64,000 nt of DNA from contig JAFSUD010000065.1 in NCBI GenBank assembly GCA_017445405.1, positions 28,404 through 92,403 of the forward strand, given 5' to 3'. Source of the DNA: Synergistaceae bacterium. Lineage in GTDB: Bacteria > Synergistota > Synergistia > Synergistales > Aminobacteriaceae. This document shows positions 50,661 through 60,100 of the stretch, one piece after another (the first letter of the stretch is position 1; each line of letters begins with the position of its first letter). Under the pieces are notes generated by a model, which saw nothing but the letters and a program-made list of their open reading frames with translations, made no database searches and was not told the origin of the DNA. A program made the position numbers and the translations under genes.

Positions 50661-52148
50661 ATGGCAAACTTTTGGCCAGGCATTACAAAAACACGAAATC
50701 AAGCAAACAACAACAGCTTAACCGACCTACTAGGTAATAACACAGGGAATAGCAACAATATAATCAATAATAATCCAGCCCCTGTGAACCCACAGACAAG
50801 CCCACAGCAGAGAGACATTTTCACTCAGCGTGTTGGAGACGGGACATTCATAAGTGTACCTAAACGCGACCCAGAGCCAGAAGCATTGACAGATTTGCGC
50901 AAACAGCTCAGCGATATAGCAAAGCAGGGACTGGGTAATTTCAATAATGATAACTGGCAACAGGCACAGAACCTCACAAACCAAGCGTTGGCTCAACAGG
51001 GCAAACTTCTTGGACAGAGCAGTGATATTGTTCAGCAAATATTGAACATTGCACAGAACGGTACACTTCCCAGCAACCTCATCAATGCAATGAATGCGAG
51101 CGTAAATCAGGGCTTGCAGTCCTCGATGGGCAACATGCTGAATAACCTCGCCAACAGAGGAATACTGAACAGCTCGGTAACTACAGCGGGAACTAATCAG
51201 CTCTCACAGGCGGCAGCAGATGCCTTCAACCGCAACTACCTCACGGCATACCAGTCCGCGCTTGGTGGTTTAGGACAGGGCTTGCAGAGTACTCTATCGG
51301 CACTAAGTGCGGCAGGAAGTGCGCCATCGCAGGCATACAACAGCATAGGTGCTGGACTGACAATACCATATAACTTCTGGAAGGACTGGCAGAACTTCTA
51401 TCAGAGCGATGACCCTTACGAGAGCATTTACGTACAAGACACTCCTAAGCAGAAATCGGGATGCCTGACTGGCGATACGCTGGTAACTCTTGAGGATGGG
51501 CATGAAATCCCTGTCCGCGAGCTTAAGGATAATGACAGACTGAGAGTTTGGGACTTTGAGAGTGGTCGTATCTCTTCTGCTCCGCTGGCTGCTTTCGTCA
51601 AACGTACCAACGCTGACGGATTCGACGTTATACGCGTGGAGTTCGAGGACGGTTCTAGCGTAGGTGTTGTTCTCGGGCATCTGTTCTTTGACATCACGCT
51701 CGGGAAGTTTGTTGAAATTAACGCAGATAATCAGGACTTCGTGGGGCAGGAGTTCGCAAAGGTGATTGACGGAAAGGCTGTGCCTGTGAAGGTTACGGCA
51801 ATCCACACGGACGGCAGAGAGAAAGAGTGCTATGCTCCGCAGGCTGAGGGAAGCTGGAACTACATCACCGAAGGTTTCATCACGGGCAACGAGGGACAGC
51901 TGGCAATATGCAACATGTTCTACTTCGACGGCTTGCGCTGGGACGCAAAGAAGAGAGCTAAAGATTTAGCACAGTTCGGGCTTCTGGACTATGACGTGTT
52001 CAATGGCATTATCTCCAAGAGAGTATTCGACGCTAATCACGCTGAGGAACTCTCTGTAGCGTTCGGCAAGGGGTTAGCAGACTGTGAGGAGTTCAGAGCT
52101 TACCTGAAGAAGTATTCGGATGATATATTCGGCAAGGAGGGCGCGTAA
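50661..52148 (+). CDS. Q/N-rich virion protein with internal Hint (bacterial intein-like) domain
   Basis: SGCLTGDTLVTLEDGHEIPV (Cys codon 51462-51464) ... VLGHLFF ... GFITGN (Asn codon 51888-51890). The N-terminal 260 aa are Q/N/L-rich. Confidence 0.75.
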   Translation: MANFWPGITKTRNQANNNSLTDLLGNNTGNSNNIINNNPAPVNPQTSPQQRDIFTQRVGDGTFISVPKRDPEPEALTDLRKQLSDIAKQGLGNFNNDNWQQAQNLTNQALAQQGKLLGQSSDIVQQILNIAQNGTLPSNLINAMNASVNQGLQSSMGNMLNNLANRGILNSSVTTAGTNQLSQAAADAFNRNYLTAYQSALGGLGQGLQSTLSALSAAGSAPSQAYNSIGAGLTIPYNFWKDWQNFYQSDDPYESIYVQDTPKQKSGCLTGDTLVTLEDGHEIPVRELKDNDRLRVWDFESGRISSAPLAAFVKRTNADGFDVIRVEFEDGSSVGVVLGHLFFDITLGKFVEINADNQDFVGQEFAKVIDGKAVPVKVTAIHTDGREKECYAPQAEGSWNYITEGFITGNEGQLAICNMFYFDGLRWDAKKRAKDLAQFGLLDYDVFNGIISKRVFDANHAEELSVAFGKGLADCEEFRAYLKKYSDDIFGKEGA

Positions 52149-52670
52149 ATGTCATTAACGTATGTAAAACCTCAACAGCAGCAGAAGAGCGGTGGTATTC
52201 TTGGCACTCTCGGAACGCTGGCAAGCATTGGCGGTATGGCATTCGGGCAACCGTGGCTAAGTGCTCTTGGAATGGGAATGAGCGGAGTTGACAGCCTGAT
52301 GAATGGAGGGAGCAGTAGCGGAGGTAGTACTCAGGCAGCAAAGCAGACCGGCGGAGCATTAAGCGAGTTGCTGAAAGGGATAAAAACAGGCTGGGAGAAC
52401 CCTGCGGCTGGCAACATAGGAAGCGGCCAGCCTGGTGATGATACGAAAGTTTTGCAGAAGATAAGGGAGATAAACTCTGAGCCCTCAGATGACGAGTTTG
52501 CGCAGAGATGGGGCGGCTATTCAACGCCAGTATGGAGTACTGGTGCTACTGGCAATATGACACCGCCGCTAGGAATGGAATTTGACCCTAGAGGCGGTTG
52601 TTTTGGCACAGGCGGTTGGAGAGCGGCAAATCCTTTCAATGGAGTATTTGACCTTTTTAGGGGGTATTAG
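52149..52670 (+). CDS. Glycine-rich hypothetical virion protein (173 aa)
   Basis: ORF track. The start abuts the upstream stop. Confidence 0.6.
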   Translation: MSLTYVKPQQQQKSGGILGTLGTLASIGGMAFGQPWLSALGMGMSGVDSLMNGGSSSGGSTQAAKQTGGALSELLKGIKTGWENPAAGNIGSGQPGDDTKVLQKIREINSEPSDDEFAQRWGGYSTPVWSTGATGNMTPPLGMEFDPRGGCFGTGGWRAANPFNGVFDLFRGY

Positions 52671-52673
52671 CGG

Positions 52674-55600
52674 ATGAGTTTACACGTAATACAGCAACCG
52701 CAGCAAACGAATGTTCCCGACTGGCGTTGGCAGATGGCGGCTAATTTCTTGATGCCGCTGGTTACGGACGCAATACAGGGGCAGAGACAGCGCGACGCAA
52801 ACAGGAAGCAGAATGCTATGGCAGGAGAGGTGCTTAAACAGCTGGCGGAGCTGCAAGGTGGGACAACTACTCAGCAGAGTAGAGGCTTGCAGGGGTTGCC
52901 TGAGCCTGAAGGATACAACTCTAACGGCTGGACACAGGTATTTCACCAGCAGGGTAGCCCTCTGGCGCAGATGGACGCTGGGCTTCTGCCACCGAGCACT
53001 CAGGGACAGCAGAGGATACCTACACAGGCAGATATTCAGAAAGTTATTGCGCAGACACTAGTAACGCCTAGATTTTCGATGCTTGACCCGAAAGCTGTAC
53101 AGGAGTACTTAGCTCCAATGCTTCAGGCTAATGAGGCGGCGAGAAAAGAAGCACAGCGTCAGAGCATTGCTGACCAGTACATGAACGCGACGGATGCAAG
53201 GACAAAACGCGATGCGTTGATGTATGGGGCTATTCAGCAGATAATCTCTGAGAACCTCGCGAACATGGGGCAGGGACAGTACGTAGCAGACAGGCCGCAG
53301 TATGCAGGACGTGATTTAGGTGGCTCGATACAGGACGGGTACGTTGACACGACGACTGGCACATTCACTCCTACAGGTACAACGCCCAAGACACTTAATC
53401 CCCAGCAGGTAGGAGATAATGCATATAGAGACAGAACTTTTGCTGAAACTGTAAGGGCGAACAGAGCCAATGAGGACTATCGGGACAGGCAGCTTAGACA
53501 GCAGAATGACCAGTTCAACACCCAGATTGGTTACAACAGGGAGACCCGAGACCTGCAGAGAGAAGATGCGCGCCGTGTAGCAGAAGCAGACTTCAGCTCT
53601 GTAGAGAAAACGCAAATGGCACAGCTAGAGGCTAAGAGGCAAGGGCTTATTCAGCAACAGACGGCGTTAATGACTGCTCTCGGGACTGCGACGACAGACC
53701 AGCAGCGCGCAGCGATACAGGCAGAGCTTGACAAGATAAACGTTCAGCTGAACACCATAAACAATAGAATAGACACTATGTACAGGGACAAACTTGCTCC
53801 TGCTAGGATGAGAGCAGCTGGTAAACTATGGAACTCCCCGAAGTCTGATGACCCGCTGAATGACGACATCGGTGCTCACATGACGGGCAACGCGCACGGC
53901 GGGGTTAAGGGTATCTCTACTCCGTACAAGACCATACGTGTCAAAAAGGGCGGAGATAAGTACACTCATTACGGAGTAGATTACATGACCCCGAACGGTA
54001 CAGAAATACTCGTGCCGGATATTGGTGTACCGCTGACAGTAAGTTATGTCGGTAATCAGCCGGACGGATACGGCCATCACGTGAAGCTCACAGGCCAAGT
54101 CAACGGGCACAGAGTAGACTTCACAATAGCGCACATGCAGGATGGTGTAAACGTTAAGAGGGGAGACACAGTTGGTGCGGGAGAATTGATAGGGTTGTCC
54201 GGCAACAGCGGGAACTCCAGAGGCAAGAACGGCGGCTATCATATGCATCTGGAAGTCAAGGTAGACGGAGAATACGTAGACCCGACAAAAGCTAGGGCGA
54301 TAATCAGGCAATACGCAGGGGAAAAAGCGGATAGCAACCCTGCAACCCCGAACAACCCTAGTGATATCCCGCCTGTAGCTCCAGAATATGCACCGCAGGG
54401 ACAGCAGCAAGCAAATGGTGAGCACGCATTCCTTCCCCTGCCGAATGGACTTAATCGTGAAGATGTCTTACAAATGATAGAGGTTGCTAGAAATTCAGGA
54501 GTATCTGAGGATGATATAAAGGCAACATATGGCGATTATGTAGATATACCACTATCGTCTCAAGGCGATACTACTACTGTTGCACAGGCAGTGAATGCGT
54601 TGGGTAATTTCTTTGGAGCACAGCCTGCTTATGCTGACGAAATCGACAGTGCTACGGAAGCTGTACCAGCGCAAGGCAAAGCGACGCTACCTCCATCATC
54701 AGACAGCAGCGTTTCAGACCAGATAGATTACTACGCCAGTCAGCCAATGCCAGAGATGACAGACGACATGGAGCTAGCAGCAAGCCTCCGTCCCTCATTG
54801 CGCAGACCTGTAGCACGGCATACCGCGCCTGCACGTCAGACAGGAGGCAGGACGAGCTACGCCGAGCAGAAGAGCATCATTGACGGGGCAGCTCAGAAGC
54901 ACGGCATAGACAACGAGCTCATACAGGCAATCATTGAGGTAGAGAGCACGTGGAAGCCTAACGCACGCTCTAAGGCTGGGGCTATGGGGTTAATGCAGCT
55001 CATGCCCGCAACCGCGCACAGCTTGGGTGTACGTAACGCTTATGACCCTGCACAGAACGTCGAGGGCGGCTCAAGGTACATCGCACAGCTCATCAGGCGA
55101 TACGGTGGAGATGTTAGCAAAGCCCTCATGGCATACAACTGCGGGCCTGGAAATGTCGCTAAGGGAAGGATACCGCAGGCTTCAAGAAACTACGCGCAGA
55201 AAGTAATGAACATCTACAACCGTCTCAAGGGACAGCGCACCGCTCCGACAGTACAGCCGCAGACAGCTCCAGATGGCGGAAATATATCGTGGCTGAACAG
55301 TAACGGACAGCCAGCGGTAACGAGCAGCGGCCAGCCCTTTACCGACGAAACCTACAGAGGATGGGTAAACGCGGTGAACGCCGGAGAGTACCGCGATGTA
55401 GGGCTGAACTCACAGGCTGACCTTGACAGATGGCTTGAGAGCAGAGGTATGCGCATGGCACGTCCCGCAGAAGAACAAGGGCTGTCGCGCCTTAACTCGG
55501 GCAGCAGAGGCAGTACGGAGGATGTTTACGATGCAAACATAGCCCCACTGCCGCCGACACCGCAGAACAGTCCGACACTCTACCCTGCTCCGTACTTCAC

Positions 55601-55739
55601 GGATGAGATTAACGGGACGAGGGCGCAAGACACACAGGCGATGCTTGATGCGTTGAACGGGATAACGAGGGGCGAGAGCTCGGGCTGGAGCTCAGCATTT
55701 CACGATAGATTTGGTGCACCAGCACTATTATGGAGGTAG
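52674..55739 (+). CDS. Virion-associated peptidoglycan hydrolase: M23 peptidase + SLT lytic transglycosylase (1021 aa)
   Basis: HYGVDYMTPNGTEI...GYGHHV...GNSGNSRGKNGGYHMHLEV is M23/LytM. EVESTWKPNARSKAGAMGLMQLMPATA...AYNCGPGNV is SLT. Confidence 0.85.
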   Translation: MSLHVIQQPQQTNVPDWRWQMAANFLMPLVTDAIQGQRQRDANRKQNAMAGEVLKQLAELQGGTTTQQSRGLQGLPEPEGYNSNGWTQVFHQQGSPLAQMDAGLLPPSTQGQQRIPTQADIQKVIAQTLVTPRFSMLDPKAVQEYLAPMLQANEAARKEAQRQSIADQYMNATDARTKRDALMYGAIQQIISENLANMGQGQYVADRPQYAGRDLGGSIQDGYVDTTTGTFTPTGTTPKTLNPQQVGDNAYRDRTFAETVRANRANEDYRDRQLRQQNDQFNTQIGYNRETRDLQREDARRVAEADFSSVEKTQMAQLEAKRQGLIQQQTALMTALGTATTDQQRAAIQAELDKINVQLNTINNRIDTMYRDKLAPARMRAAGKLWNSPKSDDPLNDDIGAHMTGNAHGGVKGISTPYKTIRVKKGGDKYTHYGVDYMTPNGTEILVPDIGVPLTVSYVGNQPDGYGHHVKLTGQVNGHRVDFTIAHMQDGVNVKRGDTVGAGELIGLSGNSGNSRGKNGGYHMHLEVKVDGEYVDPTKARAIIRQYAGEKADSNPATPNNPSDIPPVAPEYAPQGQQQANGEHAFLPLPNGLNREDVLQMIEVARNSGVSEDDIKATYGDYVDIPLSSQGDTTTVAQAVNALGNFFGAQPAYADEIDSATEAVPAQGKATLPPSSDSSVSDQIDYYASQPMPEMTDDMELAASLRPSLRRPVARHTAPARQTGGRTSYAEQKSIIDGAAQKHGIDNELIQAIIEVESTWKPNARSKAGAMGLMQLMPATAHSLGVRNAYDPAQNVEGGSRYIAQLIRRYGGDVSKALMAYNCGPGNVAKGRIPQASRNYAQKVMNIYNRLKGQRTAPTVQPQTAPDGGNISWLNSNGQPAVTSSGQPFTDETYRGWVNAVNAGEYRDVGLNSQADLDRWLESRGMRMARPAEEQGLSRLNSGSRGSTEDVYDANIAPLPPTPQNSPTLYPAPYFTDEINGTRAQDTQAMLDALNGITRGESSGWSSAFHDRFGAPALLWR

Positions 55740-55745
55740 TAAACA

Positions 55746-56348
55746 ATGGCAAGCAAATACGGAGACGGCAGAAGCGGGAGAAGTATTGCAGTGAACCCTG
55801 AGAGCGGAGACGTTAGGGTTCGCGGTGCAAGGCAGGATAACTTCATGGGGGTATACGACGATGAAGAAGACTACAACCCTTACAGGGATTTCGGCCAAGA
55901 GAGGGACAACGACCCCAACTGGGGCTATGACAATTTCGACACCTATGATGATGGACTTACGGAAGAAGAGTACGGCAGGTACATGGGTAGCAGAGCGAAT
56001 AAATACGCTGACTACATGAGCCGTCCTCTAGAAGACTACGAGCGTCCAGAGCGTGAGATAGGGGTAAACTCCAATAATCATAGCCCACAGTGGGAGAACG
56101 GCTATACGACCTCAAGCAGCGATGAGGATGAGTACCTCGACTATCTCGAGCAATACGATAAGGGAGAAATCAGCAATCATGAGATGAGCCGTATCCAGAG
56201 GCGGTACGCAGAAAAGCCCTTCTGGGACACATTCAACCCGTCAGAGGAGCTCATAGAGCAGTACGGTAGCGGCAACGAGAGCACACGCTGGCCGATGTTT
56301 GAGCGCAGAGGAGGCCGCTGGAGGCCGGTTTTCTGGCGCAATGACTAG
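55746..56348 (+). CDS. Acidic Tyr/Asp/Glu-rich hypothetical protein (200 aa)
   Basis: ORF track. Confidence 0.6.
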   Translation: MASKYGDGRSGRSIAVNPESGDVRVRGARQDNFMGVYDDEEDYNPYRDFGQERDNDPNWGYDNFDTYDDGLTEEEYGRYMGSRANKYADYMSRPLEDYERPEREIGVNSNNHSPQWENGYTTSSSDEDEYLDYLEQYDKGEISNHEMSRIQRRYAEKPFWDTFNPSEELIEQYGSGNESTRWPMFERRGGRWRPVFWRND

Positions 56349-57120
56349 GACAATCGATACAAGCAGGCTATTAGGCGATACAGTAATCCCTTTATGGCTC
56401 GGAGCTGGCAAGACTGCAGGAAACCTTGTTCTTGGAGCAACCGGCGAAGCACTTAGAGGGCTTGGAAGCTACTTTGAGCCCACAGAGGAGCAGCTGAGAC
56501 AGCAACGGGAGCTGTACCGTCAGAGTGCGCAATTCTTTAGACTGCCCGAAGGAGTAACGTTCTATGAGCCTCCAGAACCGAACGCACTGACGACGGCAGG
56601 AAGGTATCTTCTGGGACTAAACGGGCAGGTGCAGGATAGCGTAGAGCAAGCGAGAGATGACCTGCTGGGAGACAGGCAGGGAGTATACACGAAAGCAATG
56701 GAGGGTGTCGGCGCAATGCTGATACCCTTTTTACTTGGCCGGAGCGGTATGGGGATTAAGGCACTGGCAGAGGCGGCATCAGAGACAGGGGACTTCGCGA
56801 CGCAGATGCACTCTCAAGGTAAGGATGCCAGCACGTCCCTGAAGAACTTTCTGGCTAACCTAGCACTGAACGCGGGGCTTGAGGCATTGCCGGAGGGGAG
56901 CGACCTGCTGAAGATGTATGACGGCGCGAGGGACTGGACACCGCTACAAAAGATTATAGCGGACTTCGGCAAGGAGATGCTTGAACAGCTGGCAGTACAA
57001 GAGCCGGTGCAAAGAGTAATTCAGGACGCTTCACAGGAGCAGGGAGGTTTTGCAGAGAACATGAGCAACGAATTAAGAAAATTACCTAACAAGGTTTATG
57101 AAGTTTGGACAGGGAGATAA
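56341..57120 (+). CDS. Hypothetical internal virion protein (259 aa)
   Basis: Start moved to MTRTIDTS (8-nt overlap with the upstream stop). Confidence 0.55.
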   Translation: MTRTIDTSRLLGDTVIPLWLGAGKTAGNLVLGATGEALRGLGSYFEPTEEQLRQQRELYRQSAQFFRLPEGVTFYEPPEPNALTTAGRYLLGLNGQVQDSVEQARDDLLGDRQGVYTKAMEGVGAMLIPFLLGRSGMGIKALAEAASETGDFATQMHSQGKDASTSLKNFLANLALNAGLEALPEGSDLLKMYDGARDWTPLQKIIADFGKEMLEQLAVQEPVQRVIQDASQEQGGFAENMSNELRKLPNKVYEVWTGR

Positions 57121-57123
57121 CAG

Positions 57124-60100
57124 ATGAATACTAACATACCAGGCTTAGCAGAGCTTCAGGAACAGAGGGCAGAAGAGGAGAGGCGGCGCAGGGCTGAACA
57201 ACAGAGGGCGTTGCAAAGCGGGCAGTATGTGCTTATGCCGCAGTCAATGACCAACATACCAGGCCTAGCGGACGCACAGGCGCGGGCGTACTCCATTGCG
57301 CATGAAGCACAGCCGCAGGATGCAGAAATACTCAGCGACGGGTTACCAGCCAATGTAGACAGAAGCAGGCCTATCGGGTTCAATATTTATGGAGATATAG
57401 GGTATGTAGACACTCAGGAAAAGATATTATCATGGAAGGATAGAATATCGAGAGACGGAGGAGTACCGCCAAGCCTGCAAAGGTATATGGGAAACTTCGG
57501 GCTTGGAGTAACTGATACATTTATAAGAGGTGCACTGAACGTACCAGCACAATACATACTTGACCCGCTGGGCAGAGCTTCGGAGACGTTATTCGGCGGA
57601 GAGAGCACGTTAAAAAGTGCAGCTAAACAGCTTTTCGACTGGGATGCAGCGTACAGTAAAGCGTCTACAGGTACACGTGAAGTGCTTAATGGTACTTCTG
57701 GACCTACATTTGCCGACAATGTGCTGCATGGTTCAGGAACAAGTCTAGGGCATATGCTGTTAGGGTACGGTGCGGGGAAAATAGCAAGCCTTCTCGGAGT
57801 AGTCTCGCCCCAAGCACTTAATTTCATCCGTTTTCTCGGAGAGAATTTTTCTGAATCATTAACTGAGGGCGGAAATGCGGCTAGTGATGCCTACGCTTCG
57901 GACAAAAGCCGCTACGATGATGCAATCCGTACAGGATGGTACAGCTTTTTACCCAATGCCGGAGTTAGCTTAGGGCAGAGCTGGCTCGAGGCAAAGCTCA
58001 AGACTTATCTTGATACACATATCATGCCCGGCACAACAGAGGGCATAAAGTGGCTGGGCAGAGAATGGCTCAAGGGCGCAATTAAGGAAGAAGCAAACGA
58101 GCTTCTAGAAGAGCCTAGACAACAAGCAATTGAACAGGCTGTGAAGAACACCTTTGATAGCGGCGACATGTCATGGGGCAATCTGTTCGTCAATCTCCTA
58201 GACGAGGGAAGGCGCATTCTGCCATACAGGGAGAAGGACGGCAGCATTAATCCTGGTTACTTCGCACAAGTAGCTCCTGAGACAGCGGCTTCAACTCTTT
58301 TAACCAGTCTGATAACTGCACCGCTGGAAATTAGCGGTGGCGGCAGACAGCAGAAACGTCAGAACGTAGACAACCGCACCCGAATGGAGCAGCTCACGAA
58401 GCGTCGCGACACTCTGCAGGAAGAGCTGACCAACACACAGATAGCGCAGGCCGAACATCCCAACGATGTTGACCTGTCCAGCATTATCGAAGGCCTCACC
58501 GCAGAGATAAACGGCATTAACCAGAGCATAGCAGACGTTCAGGACGAGCTTGACAGGGAGACGCTCAACCTTTACCCCAGTGATGATGATGCCACACCAT
58601 CCGCAGGACAGGACGGAGCACAGGATGAACAGTTCATCCCGCCGTTCGACCCCGACGAGAGCAACACCGCCGCCGCAGAACAGCAGGATGACTTAGACGG
58701 TGAGAGGTATAACCAAGCCAACAAGAGAAAGATGGGACTGAGAAACAGCCTCAGCTCCTTCTTTGATGCTTCATTGCCGTTGGACGACACGCGCCTAATC
58801 CCTCCGAGCACTCCAGAACGAAATACTAACACTGCTCGTATTCGTACAATGAGGGGCACAGAGGCGGACATACGCTACAGAGTTGTTGACGCTGATGACC
58901 TTATCACTTCGACAAATGAGCGCGGTGCTCCTAACTCTAATTATCCGCAGGAGCTCCAGCCCAGACAGAGAGACCGTGAAGCCAGCTTCCAGCAGATTGA
59001 AAGAATTGCGAATGACATCGACCCTGAGCTTCTGGCAGAGAGCAGGTTAGCGTCTAACGGTGCGCCTGTGATAGGTTCTGATATGGTTGTAGAGAGCGGC
59101 AACGGGCGCGTTATGGCACTCCGGCAGGCATACAGGACCGGCAAAGCTGAAGGGTATAGAAACTGGCTCAATGAAAGTGCAGGCAGGTTCGGACTTACTG
59201 CCAGAGACTTTGCAGGGATAGCTAACCCTGTGCTGGTACGCGAGAGGACTTCTGACGTTGACAGGGTACGCTTTGCACGTGAAGCCAACGAGAGCAGTAC
59301 CGCTGCATTCTCCGCAACCGAGAATGCCCAAGAGGATGCCCGCAGAATTACCACAGAGATGCTGAGGCTTTATGACCCCAGCAGAAATCTTCATGCTAAC
59401 CGTCAGTTCTTGAGCGCATTCATCGGCTCAATCCCTCCAAATGAGAGAGGTTCACTCATCCAGCATGACGGCATTATCTCCAGAGCAGGGCTTGAACGTG
59501 CACAGAATGCAATAGCGGCTCTGGCTTATGGCAATAACTCCATACTGAACAGGTTAGGCGAGCTATTCGATGATGACATAAAGAACATCAGCAATGCTCT
59601 AATTCAGGCCGCGCCCAAGATTGCTATGTTTGAGAACAGCGGCAGGAAGCAGGAACTCTCTCTCCAGAAAGATATTGCTGAAGCTGTGTCCTCTCTAGTC
59701 AATGCTAGAGAACAGGGCAAGAGCGTGGAAGCGTACCTTTCTCAGCCCAACCTATTTGGTGATGGCATTTCACCTGAGGCAGAAACACTCCTTCGCTTCT
59801 TCGATAAAAACAAGCGCAGTGCTAAGACGATAGCTGAAGGCCTGCAGCGTTATGCCGAGCTGGCCTCACGGGAAGCTGGAGCGGGACAAACGCTCATGTT
59901 TGACGACAGTGCAAGAGACAAGGGCGGTATTCTTGGCGAAGCTATAAACAACACGGGACGTGAGAGCTACAACCAGAGCGCAGAGGACGACACCGAACGC
60001 ACTGACATTACGCAGACTAGAGCAACCGATAAAGTCCGTACGCTGACGGTGGAGCATGAGGGCAAGAAGCAGACTTTCACGGTGCATGAGGGAGAGTTCA

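Noticed and set aside
50661-52148. True protein-splicing intein
   Set aside because: The Hint blocks are present. However, the residue after the terminal Asn is Glu rather than Cys, Ser or Thr, and the flanks do not look like a split conserved host protein. It is treated as a BIL/Hint autoprocessing domain.
52674-55739. Tape measure protein
   Set aside because: The size is compatible. But no tail tube, sheath or chaperone-frameshift genes are nearby, and the protein carries M23 and SLT enzymatic domains. It is better explained as an ejected cell-wall hydrolase.
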